From positions 3,520,001 through 3,584,000 of the forward strand of contig OZ245046.1 in assembly GCA_965224245.1 (NCBI GenBank): a DNA stretch of 64,000 bases, in the 5' to 3' direction. This DNA comes from Candidatus Eiseniibacteriota bacterium (GTDB taxonomy: Bacteria > Eisenbacteria > RBG-16-71-46 > CAZAMP01). This document shows, piece by piece, positions 11,487 through 22,706 of this stretch. The first letter of the stretch is position 1. Each line of letters begins with the position of its first letter. The notes beneath the pieces were generated by a model that made no database searches, was not told the origin of the DNA, and saw only the letters and a program-made list of their open reading frames with translations. The position numbers and the translations under genes are program-made.

Positions 11487-12622
11487 GGGGCGGACCCCGC
11501 GGGAATCGGGGCGCCGCGCCTCGCGAGCGCCGAGGCGTACAGCTCGTCGTGCCGCGCGACGATCACGTCACGGGCGAGCGCGGTCACCGCCCACCGGCGA
11601 GCGGCGTTTCCGAGAGACGCGCGGGCGTCCGGATCGCGGGCGAGCTCGGACAGTGCGGCCGCCAGCGCGGTGGAGTCGCCCGGTGGCACCAGTCGTCCCG
11701 TCTCTCCGTCGGTGATCATGTCCGGAAGCACGCTCACGTCGCTCGCGACGACCGGGAGCCCCGACGCCATCAGCTCGCCGCCGATCCGACAGATCGCCTC
11801 GGATCCGGTGGATGCGACGACCCCCACGTCGAGCGCCGCGAGGACGGTCCGAACGTCCTCGAGACGCCCCACGAAACGAACCCGGTCGGCGATCCCGAGC
11901 TCGCCGGTCCACTCCCGGACGTCCCGCTCGGTCAGCTGAGCCGGCTCTCCGGCGATGACCAGCACCTTCGGGATCGGTCCCGCGACGAGACGAGCCCACG
12001 CCTCGAGGAGAACGCGGTGCCCCTTCACCGGGGAGAGGCGGGCGACGATGCCGGCCACGAACGCGTCGTCCGGCAGCCCGAGCGACCGACGCGCCTCGGC
12101 GCGCTGGCCGGGCGTGAACGGGACGAAACGGGCCGCGTCGATCGCGCCCGGGATGACGGCCGGGTCCCGTCCGGTCATCGTGCGGACCGGCGGCGCCAGG
12201 AAACGCGCGGGCACCGCGACCGCGTCCGCGCGGCGATACAGCCATCGGTTCCACGGACTGGGCTGTGGGCGGCGGACCTCGCCCTTGGTCCGCACCAGCG
12301 CGACCGCCGGCGCTCCGGCGCTCCTCGCGATCTCGGCCGCTGCATGCCCCGCCCCCGTGTGTACGTGCACGACGTCCGGCCTCTCCCGGGCGAGATGGCG
12401 CGCGAGATCGCGGGCCAGCCGGAGCTGGCCGGTCACGCCGCGCGAGATCGGGACGGCCAGGGGCACGCCGGCGGCCCGTGCGCGCTCGGCGGACGGGCTG
12501 TCGGCCAGCGCGCAGACCGTCACCCGACGTCCGGTCCGGTGCTGGGCGGTGGCGAGATCGATCGCGTAGGCGGCGATCGCGCTCCACCAGCGAACGGCCA
12601 CCACGTGTGCGACGTGAACCAT
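11483..12622 (-). CDS. Glycosyltransferase family 4
   Basis: ARLSPVKGH, SEAICRIGGELMASGLPVV, GETGRLV. Confidence 0.88.
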   Translation of the reverse strand: MVHVAHVVAVRWWSAIAAYAIDLATAQHRTGRRVTVCALADSPSAERARAAGVPLAVPISRGVTGQLRLARDLARHLARERPDVVHVHTGAGHAAAEIARSAGAPAVALVRTKGEVRRPQPSPWNRWLYRRADAVAVPARFLAPPVRTMTGRDPAVIPGAIDAARFVPFTPGQRAEARRSLGLPDDAFVAGIVARLSPVKGHRVLLEAWARLVAGPIPKVLVIAGEPAQLTERDVREWTGELGIADRVRFVGRLEDVRTVLAALDVGVVASTGSEAICRIGGELMASGLPVVASDVSVLPDMITDGETGRLVPPGDSTALAAALSELARDPDARASLGNAARRWAVTALARDVIVARHDELYASALARRGAPIPAGSAP

Positions 12623-12715
12623 GACGGGACAGGATACTGGACCCCGTGCCCGCCATCCATGCCGGCAGGGCGGTGAGGCCGGTGCGTGGTTCGGCGGGGT
12701 GGGTCCGGGGACGGG

Positions 12716-13597
12716 TCAGCTCGACACGCGACCGGCGGTGCTCGGGAGGGCCAGGCGCGCGTTCGGGGAGCCGGGGCCACGAACCCGGCGCCACCACGAG
12801 CCGACACGCCCGCGCAGCGAGTAGTGACGTTCCCAGGCGCGCTCGATGTCCGGAAGGCACCGCATCGCCTCGCGGTACCCGACCTCGATCATCGCCTCGG
12901 CCTCGCGGATCTCGAACGAGTTGAACTCGCTCAGGTCGGGCTTGATGCACACGTCGGCGGCCCGCTCGGACACCGCGGCGTTCTGCTGTGCGACGAGCCC
13001 CATCGTATGCATGATCAGCGCGAGCATGTGGCGGGGTGGATTGGCGCGCTTGCGGTGAAAGCCGAGGTTCACGCCGACCACGAGGGGCGGCTCGTAGGCC
13101 TCGAGCGCGCGGGTCGGCATGTACTCGACGAGGCCGCCGTCGACGTACAGCGAGCCGTTCATCTCGACCGGAGCATAGATCTGCGGAATGCACGACGAGG
13201 CCTGGGCGGCCTTGGCCACGGGGCCCGAGTCGAGCGCCTCCTCGCGGCCGTCCTGCAGGTTCGTGACGATGATCGAGAGCGGGATCCGCAGCTGCTCGAA
13301 GGTGACGTCTCCGATCGCGTCGACGACCATCCGGTACAGCTTGTCGGAGGACAGGAAGCCCAGCCGCCGAAAGCCGATGCGGCCCAGGTCGGTCAGCTTC
13401 ATGCTGGACGCCTTGGCCGCGATCTCCTCGATCGGGATCCCGGCGCAGTAGTACGCGGCCACGATCGATCCGCCGCTGGTGGCCGCCACCCGATCGATGA
13501 CGATACCCGCCTCGTCCAGCGCCTTCAGCACGCCGATGTGAGCCACGCTCTTGGCCGTGCCCCCCGAGAGGGCCAGTCCAATGTGAATGGGTCTCAT
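12716..13597 (-). CDS. Patatin-like phospholipase
   Basis: LALSGGTAKSVAHIGVL, ATSGG nucleophile elbow, YVDGG. Confidence 0.9.
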   Translation of the reverse strand: MRPIHIGLALSGGTAKSVAHIGVLKALDEAGIVIDRVAATSGGSIVAAYYCAGIPIEEIAAKASSMKLTDLGRIGFRRLGFLSSDKLYRMVVDAIGDVTFEQLRIPLSIIVTNLQDGREEALDSGPVAKAAQASSCIPQIYAPVEMNGSLYVDGGLVEYMPTRALEAYEPPLVVGVNLGFHRKRANPPRHMLALIMHTMGLVAQQNAAVSERAADVCIKPDLSEFNSFEIREAEAMIEVGYREAMRCLPDIERAWERHYSLRGRVGSWWRRVRGPGSPNARLALPSTAGRVSS

Positions 13598-13764
13598 GCA
13601 CGATCCCGTGGTGATGCGCCGCCGAGGCCGCGCGGCCTCACTGAACGTTCGACAGATTCAACCCCGATCTCGTGGATTTTCTTCCCACCCGAGGTCGAGG
13701 TCCGCCGATCCGGGTGGCCCCGGCCGCGTCCGGGCGAGTCGATCCGCGGCCGGGGATCACACGA

Positions 13765-15630
13765 TCAGAAGTGCAGCGTGGCGGCGAACCGGAGCGAGCT
13801 CTGAACCAGCGACACGTCCTGCGCGGCGTAGTCGGCGTCGGTCGCGCCGGCGGCGAACTCGTAGTCGCCGGAGAACGGATCGTATAGGCTGAACGGCGGC
13901 GTGCCGCCCCACCACGTCACGTAGTCGGTGGTGGCCCGGCGGAACGACATGTCGAACCCGACCCGGCCGGAGTGGAAGCCGAGCCCGAACGAGACCGCGT
14001 TGCCCGTGGCCTCTTCGAGCTGGGGGAAGCCGTCCGCGTCCAGTAGGACCGGGCGCTCTGTGACTCCCTGGTCGTTGACCTCCTCGTCTCCCAGGACGAG
14101 CGACGGGAACGCGAACGGGACCTCCTCCCATCCCAGACGAAGATCCAGGCCGAAGCCCGCCCGGTCGAACAGCGGGGTCTCGAAGCCGACGTGGATGGAC
14201 GTCTTGTCGTACAGGTTGGCGCTCCCGTCGTGCAGCTTCAGGTTGGTGTCGACCGAGATGTCGGTGTCGTCGCCGAGCTCGTCCTGGAGAGCCTGGTTGA
14301 TGAACTCGAACTCCTCGGAGAGCTCGTCGTTGGTCAGGAACTCGTCGACGTGGTCGACGGTCGCGTCGGAGAGCGTCGTGGACGAGTAGTCGACGTCGAC
14401 GCGGCCGCGCCCGAAGAAACGGTGCACGTAGCCCATGATGCCGCCCCGATCGACGCCGTCGCCGAGCAGATTCGTGAGATGAACGGAGCCTCCGACCGTC
14501 AGCGTGGCCGGGATCGTCATGTCGTAGTCCGCGATGCGACCATCGACGACCAGCGCGACCGTGGGGTTGCCGACCGAGAACCCGTCCTGCACCAGCTGGT
14601 ACTTGCCGCTGCGCATCTCGAGCGTGTACTCGGGCCGGAAGACCGCGCCGGCGGTGACCGCACCGCCGCGCAGACCGATCTGGGCCCCCAGGTCGAACGC
14701 GGTCCCCGTGAACTTCTGGGTGATGGACGCGTCGTTCAGGAGCGGGCCCGGGTACTCGACGACGAGCTGCGTGAGCTGGGAGACCGTGAACACCTGCTCG
14801 GCACGGACGCGGCCGCTGGCGAGGTTGGCCGCGCCGCCGAGGTTGAGCCACGCGTTGCCGTCGCGATCGCCGAGCGTCGTGGCCAGACCGAACACGAGCG
14901 CGCCGATGCCGCCCTCCTCCCGCGACTGCCCGGCCGACTTCAGCTCGCCGGTGAGCCCCTGGACGCCACCCTCGGGGAGCCAGCGCGTGATCGCGTTGGT
15001 GGAGTTCTTGATGTCGACGAACTCCCGGTAGCCGACCGCGAGCGCGGTTCGCCCGAGGAAGCGCCCGAAACCGCTGTCGGCGTCGGGATCGTAGAACGGT
15101 AGGCCGGACATCATGAGCCCGTCGTGCACGAGCGCGTAGCGGGGCTCCACCGCGACCTCGAGCGGATCGATGCGCCCGACGATGCCCGTGTCGAAGATCA
15201 AGAAGTCGGTCAGCTCGCTCTGGCTGGATCCGAAGAAGTTGCCGATCCCCACCCGGACGTCGCCCGCCGACCCGTCCGGACGCCAGGCCAGACCGGCCGG
15301 GTTGATGACCAGCGCCTCGGCGCCGCTGGCCGTCGCGACGGCGGCGCCGCCGAGCGCGTCGGAGCGGGCCGAGCGACTGGCCCCGGCGAAGTCCAGGTCG
15401 TGGTTCAGGTAGTAGAACTGGGGGGCCAGCGTGGACAGCGTCGCGTACTCGAGCCCGTAGGGATCGCTCTCGGCGTCGACGCCGCGCGGCAGCGGGGCCA
15501 GGCGGTTGAAGTAGTTCAGGAGGTAGTAATCGAGATTGACGGTGCGACGAATGATTTCCTGGGCATCGGCCGTGGTCGCCAGGATCGCGAGAAGGCCGAA
15601 CGCGGTGAGGACACGCGCGCGTGCGGACAT
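13765..15630 (-). CDS. Outer-membrane beta-barrel protein, FadL/PorV-like N-terminus
   Basis: Signal peptide; SARSDALGGA...INPAGLA motif; amphipathic strands; terminal Phe. Confidence 0.65.
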   Translation of the reverse strand: MSARARVLTAFGLLAILATTADAQEIIRRTVNLDYYLLNYFNRLAPLPRGVDAESDPYGLEYATLSTLAPQFYYLNHDLDFAGASRSARSDALGGAAVATASGAEALVINPAGLAWRPDGSAGDVRVGIGNFFGSSQSELTDFLIFDTGIVGRIDPLEVAVEPRYALVHDGLMMSGLPFYDPDADSGFGRFLGRTALAVGYREFVDIKNSTNAITRWLPEGGVQGLTGELKSAGQSREEGGIGALVFGLATTLGDRDGNAWLNLGGAANLASGRVRAEQVFTVSQLTQLVVEYPGPLLNDASITQKFTGTAFDLGAQIGLRGGAVTAGAVFRPEYTLEMRSGKYQLVQDGFSVGNPTVALVVDGRIADYDMTIPATLTVGGSVHLTNLLGDGVDRGGIMGYVHRFFGRGRVDVDYSSTTLSDATVDHVDEFLTNDELSEEFEFINQALQDELGDDTDISVDTNLKLHDGSANLYDKTSIHVGFETPLFDRAGFGLDLRLGWEEVPFAFPSLVLGDEEVNDQGVTERPVLLDADGFPQLEEATGNAVSFGLGFHSGRVGFDMSFRRATTDYVTWWGGTPPFSLYDPFSGDYEFAAGATDADYAAQDVSLVQSSLRFAATLHF

Positions 15631-15639
15631 GGAAGCCTC

Positions 15640-16116
15640 CTAGAAGTTCCGATCTCTGGCAGCCAACAACGCGGCTCCGACCCCCATGGACCAGAACACG
15701 ACCCGACGGATCGTCTGGGCCTTGTCCGTGGCCATCCGCTCCACCGAGAGGATCTGATCGCGCTCGACGATGAGCCGGTCGAGATCCTCCTCGTCGACGT
15801 ACAGGCGAAAGTCGCGGATGCGCTCGGCTTGATACCGGTTGGATGCGGTGTCGTCGAGCGTGACCAGATCGGCCACGACGATCTCGGTCTCGTCGACCGA
15901 TTCCACCGCACCGCGGAACGTCCGGCCGGCGCTCGAGTAGGTGACGGTCTCACCGTTGTCGATGCGACCGACCATCGAAGAGCCGTCCTGGAAGGTCAGG
16001 ACGACCTTCTCCTCGCGAGAGAAGTCGACGCCGTCGACCGGCACGCGCATCGTGCATCCGAAGAGGACGAGGAGGGTCGGAAGACACATCCACCCAGCCA
16101 CCCATTTGGTACCCAT
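15640..16116 (-). CDS. Hypothetical lipoprotein
   Basis: GGAGGA RBS; lipobox-like LFGC; C-terminal hydrophobic helix. Confidence 0.7.
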   Translation of the reverse strand: MGTKWVAGWMCLPTLLVLFGCTMRVPVDGVDFSREEKVVLTFQDGSSMVGRIDNGETVTYSSAGRTFRGAVESVDETEIVVADLVTLDDTASNRYQAERIRDFRLYVDEEDLDRLIVERDQILSVERMATDKAQTIRRVVFWSMGVGAALLAARDRNF

Positions 16117-16309
16117 CGAGGGTCCTCCCGTTGTCTGATTGTCGCCCCGGCGAGAGAGTGAGCGCGACGACACGCCGTGCATGTGGGAGAGGGGACGCCA
16201 CCACCGCGCGACGCGCCGGCAAGCGAGGCGCCGCCGCGGACTTCCTGCCCGTCACGCGCCGTGTTCGGCCGGTGGCTCTCGGTCACGCTAAGTGACTGAG
16301 AGTGGGCGA

Positions 16310-16338
16310 ACTATAGGAAGGTGGCCTGGGGGTGTCAA
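16310..16338 (-). promoter_or_regulatory. Near-consensus sigma70 promoter
   Basis: Minus strand TTGACA-N17-TATAGT. Confidence 0.8.
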
Positions 16339-16450
16339 GGGTGGGCGCCCGGCGGCCCGACGCCCGCGCAGGCGGTCGCGGGGACCGCCCACCGGGATCG
16401 GAGAGACGCACAAATGCCCTGATGGCAACGGGCTGCTGGCGGGATCGTCC

Positions 16451-17785
16451 TCAGGACGCCGGCTGCATGTGCGCCTGGAGATCCTCGTCCGAGAGGTTGA
16501 GTCCGGCTGGATCCAGCGACGCCACGACGCCGAGCTCCGGCACCGCGGCCAGATCGAGCGTCTCTCGCCCACCCCAGCGCCGGACCACGGGCCGGAACAC
16601 GTCTTCCTTGCGTGGCCCCTCCACGACGACGGCCAGCGTCTCGTCCGAGAGGCGGACGAGGCTTCCCGGCGGGTACGCGCCGATCATGCTCACGAACACC
16701 TTCGTGAGCGTCGGATCGAAGGCCCTGCCACGCTGGTGCCAGATGTAGCTCATGGCGACCGCCGGCGTGATCGGGACCTGGCGGTACGCGCGCACCGACG
16801 TCATCGCGTCGTAGCAGTCGCAGAGGGTCACGATCCGCGAGTACATCGCGGGGGCCGCGGGCACGCGGAGCTCGGGATAGCCCGAGCCGTCGTAGCGGAT
16901 GTGATGCTCGAGCGCCACCTGCACCGCGCGGATCATCGTGGGCTCGAGCCCCCGGCGCTCCAGGAGGATCCGGGCACCGAGGAGCGGATGCGTCTTCATG
17001 ACCTCCCACTCCTGCGGCGTGAACTTCCCCGGCTTGTTCAGGATGCGGAGAGAGATCTTGATCTTGCCGACGTCGTGGAAGAGTGCGGCCACGCCGAGCT
17101 CGCGGGCACGAAGCCGGTTCAGCCCGATGCGCGTTCCGAGCGCGGAGGCCAGGATGCACACGTTCACCGAGTGCTGGAACGTGTAGAGGTCGTAGTCCCG
17201 GATCGTCATCGCCGCGAACAGCACCTGCTCGTCGGTGACGAGCGTCTCGACGATGTCTCCCACCAGCCGGCGACCCCGGCGGACGCTGAGCTCGCCGCGA
17301 TCGCGGGCATCGTGATAGATGTCGCGGATCTCGCCGATCGCGCGCTTGTAGACGCGTTCGGGCGTCCGGGTGCGTGAGCCCGGACCATGAGACTCCAGAT
17401 CGGGGGAGACCGGCTCGGCGTAGCAGTCCTCCGGCGCCTCCCAGGCATCACGCTGTGACATGGCGGTCACGAACGCGGCCAGCGCCGCCGGCTCGGGCGG
17501 GGACGTGAAGGCGAACCCGCCAATTCCCATCCGCTCCAGACGTGCCCGGAGGTCGGCGACCTCGTGGACGTGCCGCACGCGCTCGCGGTTGACGAACATC
17601 TGATCGGTGGTGACGGTCAGCACGCACTCCCCGTCGTTCAGGAACGCGGCGTGAATGCTCTCCAGGAGGCGCCGGAGCGCGCGCTGCGCGGCGTCGTTCG
17701 CGCTGTCGTGCACCTTCAGGATGTTCAGGGCCACCTGGAAGTTCAGGGCCATGCCGACGATCTCGGCGTCGGGGCTCCAGCTCAC
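16451..17785 (-). CDS. HD-GYP domain cyclic-dinucleotide phosphodiesterase
   Basis: YTFQHSVNV, FHDVGK, HHIRYDGSGYP, DCYDAMTSVRAY; GTG start overlaps the upstream stop. Confidence 0.92.
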   Translation of the reverse strand: MSWSPDAEIVGMALNFQVALNILKVHDSANDAAQRALRRLLESIHAAFLNDGECVLTVTTDQMFVNRERVRHVHEVADLRARLERMGIGGFAFTSPPEPAALAAFVTAMSQRDAWEAPEDCYAEPVSPDLESHGPGSRTRTPERVYKRAIGEIRDIYHDARDRGELSVRRGRRLVGDIVETLVTDEQVLFAAMTIRDYDLYTFQHSVNVCILASALGTRIGLNRLRARELGVAALFHDVGKIKISLRILNKPGKFTPQEWEVMKTHPLLGARILLERRGLEPTMIRAVQVALEHHIRYDGSGYPELRVPAAPAMYSRIVTLCDCYDAMTSVRAYRQVPITPAVAMSYIWHQRGRAFDPTLTKVFVSMIGAYPPGSLVRLSDETLAVVVEGPRKEDVFRPVVRRWGGRETLDLAAVPELGVVASLDPAGLNLSDEDLQAHMQPAS

Positions 17786-19398
17786 GACATCCCCCGTTGG
17801 TGAGTGGCCTCGGCCAGATAGTCCTGCACCGCACGAGGCCCGGACGACATGAGCTCGGCCTTGAGCACCTCGGCCTCGGGATGTGTCATCAGGGCCAGCG
17901 CACCCGCCGCACACAGCCGGTCGTCGTCGGCCTGCTTGCGACGCAGCCAGCCCTTCTGGGTGAGGAGCTTCCGGAGAAACGGAAGCACCTCCGGCACGTT
18001 CGTGCTGCCGAGCGCCTGGAAGAAGACCCTCCGCTCGTCGATGTCGCGATCTCGGAAATTGGAGCGGAGCATCTCCTTCAAGAGCGGCTCCAGCGCCTCG
18101 CGCACACCGAGCCGCGGCAGAGCCCACGCGGCGCGACAGCGCACGTCGGTGGACGGGTCCGACAGGAGACGCGCGAGCACCGACCGCGCATGCGCACCGC
18201 CGATCGACTCCAGCGCCTCGACGACCTCGACCCGGGCGGCCGTGGGGGCCGTGCGGAGAATCTCGCCGAGAGGGGCGACGACCTCCTTCGTCTTGACCTC
18301 TTTCAGAAGCCGGATCGCCGCGATCAGGGGGTCGCCTTCGAGCTGGGACAGGCGATCGGTCACCGCCTCGGGGCTCCGGCGGAGCTGATCGGCCAGCCCC
18401 GCATGCACGATGGCCCGGCCGTCACCGTCCGGCATCGACAGGAACGCGTCGAACAGGTGCGGCGTCGCCGATCGGCGGAGCTCGGCGATCAGCGTCACCG
18501 CGGCGTCCGCGCTGTCCCAGGTACCCGACGCCAGCGCGTGCGTGATGGCGCCCACGGCCTCGGAAGACGCGAAGCTCTCCTGGCACTCGACGATCGCCCG
18601 CATCTTCTCCTCGGTCAGGCCCTGGGGCTCGGCGCGGAAGTGATCGAGCAGCTGGATCGTCTCGCGGGCGCCCGAGAACTGGCCGTCGCGGATGCACTGG
18701 TCCACGACCGACCGGAGAAGCTCGAGCGCGGTGGAGAAGTGATCGCGCTCGCTCTCCAGTCCGAAGAGCTGGCAGAGAATGCCGCCGACCTGGATCGGTG
18801 TGGGCGCGGTGGCCAGAGCCGCGACCTCGGAGGAGAGCACGGCGCTCTCCTGGTCGTTGTGGGTGAAGTCGCGCTGGGTCCACTCCGCCGGCGAGAGCGG
18901 CTCGGGCATCCGGTTCTCCGGGAGGGTGCTGTTGAAGTGGCTCGGCTCCTCCTCCTTGGGCTGCGAGGGCACCTCGACCGCTTCCCAGCGGACGTTCGGC
19001 CAGTCCCGCTCCCACAGCATCGTGGCCAGATCCGCGTCCAGGCGCATGCTCTCGAAGTCGACGGCGATCAGCGAGACGAGCCCGCTCAGCTCCTCCTCCG
19101 TGATCGCCGGACCCAGCTCCAGGAACGCGAGGCCGCCCGCGGCCAGACGGCGGCCGAGATCCGCGGCGTCCTCCGTCGACAGGGTCGTCCCGCCGAGCTC
19201 GAGCCCGCCGGCGGCGCTTCTGAGAACGACGGGCTCTCCGTTCGAGACCGCCCCGAACGCGCCCAGCAGCTGCTCCACCAGCGCCCGCCGGCTGGCGTGG
19301 TTCTCACCGTAGAGCGCTCCCGTGCGGATCGTCCGGGAGAGCACGGCCACGAGCTGGAGATGCGTCTCGGGGCTGTGATCGGTGGGGTCACCTGACAT
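17782..19398 (-). CDS. HEAT-repeat protein
   Basis: C-terminal HEAT/PBS-like repeats (ARVEVVEALESIG, DVRCRAAWAL); N-terminal LYGENH motif. Confidence 0.8.
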   Translation of the reverse strand: MSGDPTDHSPETHLQLVAVLSRTIRTGALYGENHASRRALVEQLLGAFGAVSNGEPVVLRSAAGGLELGGTTLSTEDAADLGRRLAAGGLAFLELGPAITEEELSGLVSLIAVDFESMRLDADLATMLWERDWPNVRWEAVEVPSQPKEEEPSHFNSTLPENRMPEPLSPAEWTQRDFTHNDQESAVLSSEVAALATAPTPIQVGGILCQLFGLESERDHFSTALELLRSVVDQCIRDGQFSGARETIQLLDHFRAEPQGLTEEKMRAIVECQESFASSEAVGAITHALASGTWDSADAAVTLIAELRRSATPHLFDAFLSMPDGDGRAIVHAGLADQLRRSPEAVTDRLSQLEGDPLIAAIRLLKEVKTKEVVAPLGEILRTAPTAARVEVVEALESIGGAHARSVLARLLSDPSTDVRCRAAWALPRLGVREALEPLLKEMLRSNFRDRDIDERRVFFQALGSTNVPEVLPFLRKLLTQKGWLRRKQADDDRLCAAGALALMTHPEAEVLKAELMSSGPRAVQDYLAEATHQRGMS

Positions 19399-19621
19399 GC
19401 AGCTGGAATCCTCACGCTGACCGTCTGAGTGCTGGCCGCGGCGGGCAGACGGGTCTCCGCTCGGCCGCACGGGCTCCCGGTCGTGTCACCCTCTGAGTGG
19501 GGTATCGGCGATCCGGAGGCGGAGGTTCACTGGGCAGGGGGCGCTTCGGGACTCGGAGAGGCGTTCGAGGCGGGGCCGCCGGCCGAGATCGGCCGGCGAC
19601 CCGATCGGTCCGAGCCGGACG

Positions 19622-21073
<1,452 letters not shown>

Positions 21074-21171
21074 CGGATACTCCAGGTGGATCGAGGAAAG
21101 GGAGACGACGGCGTGACGGCCGTGCGCGGTCCCGTGCATGTCATGCGGTGCTCACGAGCTCGGAGCCCGTC

Positions 21172-21201
21172 ATTCTAGCCGCGTCGTTCGACGACGGGCA
21201 A
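21172..21201 (-). promoter_or_regulatory. Candidate sigma70 promoter for ahcY
   Basis: Minus strand TTGCCC-N18-TAGAAT. Confidence 0.55.
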
Positions 21202-21249
21202 CCAGCGGGTGAGTAACGTCGTCGGCCGCGTTCCGGTTCCCGTCGACCG

Positions 21250-22272
21250 TCACGTCCGGCGAGCCCGGTTGTGCGCCACCGCGCGGGCGTTCCGGCGCAG
21301 ACCGTCGACCCCCGCGCGCCGCATCGCGCTCCCGGCGATGCGCGCGTCGAGGTCCTCGTCGGACGCGTCGATCCACTCCGAGAGCGGCCGCGAGGTGACG
21401 TGCGCGCGTTCGGCGAAGTCGGGCTCGCGGGTCGGGGCGGCGAACGCGTTCCACGGGCACACCTCGAGGCAGATGTCACAGCCGAAGAGGTGCTCCCCGA
21501 TGCGCTCGGCGTCGGCGGGCCCGAGCTCGCCCCGGTGCTCGATGGTCAGGTACGAGATGCAGCGGCGCGCGTCCATCACGTAGGGCTCGGGAAACGCGCC
21601 GGTCGGACACGCGTCGAGGCAACGCGTGCACGACCCGCAGAAGTCGAGGTGTGCCGCGTCGCCCGGGAGCTCGACATCGGTCAGGATCTCGCCGAGAAAC
21701 GTCCAGCTTCCGAGCGAGCGGCTGACGAGGTTCGTGTGCTTGCCCCGCCAGCCGAGCCCGGCTCGCTCGGCCCATGCCTTCTCGAGAATCGGGGCGGTGT
21801 CCACGGCTACGCGCGTGCGGGCCCCGGGCACGAGCTCGGCCACACGAGTGGCCAGCGTGGTCAGCTTGCGCCTCAGAACACGGTGGTAGTCGCGGCCGCG
21901 GGCGTAACGTGCGATGCGAGGCGGCGCGTCGCCACCGGCCGCCGCCACCGACCCCCGGGAGCCGCTCGCGTCGGGACGGTCGGGACCGGCCTGCGCCGCC
22001 GTCTCGCGTCTGCGACCGGTCTCGTGACCGTAGCCGTGCGCGACGCAGATGACGCTCCGGGCACCGTCGAGGAGGTGCCGCACGTCGGCACGAAGCGCCC
22101 GCAGGCGGGCGAGGTAGTCCATCGTCCCGTGACGGCCACGTGCGAGCCACTCGTCGAGCCGGGCGGCCTCGGCGTCCAGCGGCACGGCGGCCGCGACCCC
22201 GAACGCGTCGAAGCCGAGCGCGCGTGCCTCGTCGGCGAGTCGCGATCGCAGCTCGTCGGCCCGGAACGTCAT
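21250..22272 (-). CDS. queG: tRNA epoxyqueuosine(34) reductase
   Basis: IARYARGRDYH, VDTAPILEK, CGSCTRCLDACPT, CISYLTIE, GCDICLEVCPWN. Confidence 0.95.
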   Translation of the reverse strand: MTFRADELRSRLADEARALGFDAFGVAAAVPLDAEAARLDEWLARGRHGTMDYLARLRALRADVRHLLDGARSVICVAHGYGHETGRRRETAAQAGPDRPDASGSRGSVAAAGGDAPPRIARYARGRDYHRVLRRKLTTLATRVAELVPGARTRVAVDTAPILEKAWAERAGLGWRGKHTNLVSRSLGSWTFLGEILTDVELPGDAAHLDFCGSCTRCLDACPTGAFPEPYVMDARRCISYLTIEHRGELGPADAERIGEHLFGCDICLEVCPWNAFAAPTREPDFAERAHVTSRPLSEWIDASDEDLDARIAGSAMRRAGVDGLRRNARAVAHNRARRT

Positions 22273-22706
22273 TCCGAGTCCAGCTCGCGGTCGTGCGCGT
22301 CCTTCTGCCGCATCGCGGCCTCGATCTCCTCCCGCGCATGGAGGCGGCCCCGACCGATGCCGCTGCAGAACGAGCGGACCTCGGCGTTCCAGGCGGCCCG
22401 CTCCATCGTCTCGGGCCAGAAGGGCCACGTGCGACACGGGACCGGCCGAACCGGGTAGATCGTGCACCGGCAGTCGGAGAGGAACTCGCAGGCCCCTCCC
22501 CGCGAGCGCGCGATCAGGTAACCGTCCTCGTCGCGGAGGTGTCGCCGGCGCAGTGCCGTCAGCGACAGGCCGAGGTGACGGGCCAGCGCGCGGGCCTCGC
22601 GCCGCGTGAAGTAGACGCGATCGTACTCACCGTGGTTGTGGCAGCAGTCACCGCCCTCCCGGCAGCCGAACCGCACGCCCTCGGCGTACCACGCCCCGTC
22701 ACCCAT
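22269..22706 (-). CDS. YkgJ-family cysteine-cluster protein
   Basis: FGCREGGDCC, CEFL, CTIYPVRPVPCRTWPFW, CSGIG. Confidence 0.88.
   Translation of the reverse strand: MGDGAWYAEGVRFGCREGGDCCHNHGEYDRVYFTRREARALARHLGLSLTALRRRHLRDEDGYLIARSRGGACEFLSDCRCTIYPVRPVPCRTWPFWPETMERAAWNAEVRSFCSGIGRGRLHAREEIEAAMRQKDAHDRELDSE

Noticed and set aside
21074-21249. SAH or SAM riboswitch upstream of ahcY
   Set aside because: I saw no SAH-riboswitch core elements; only a plausible sigma70 promoter is present.
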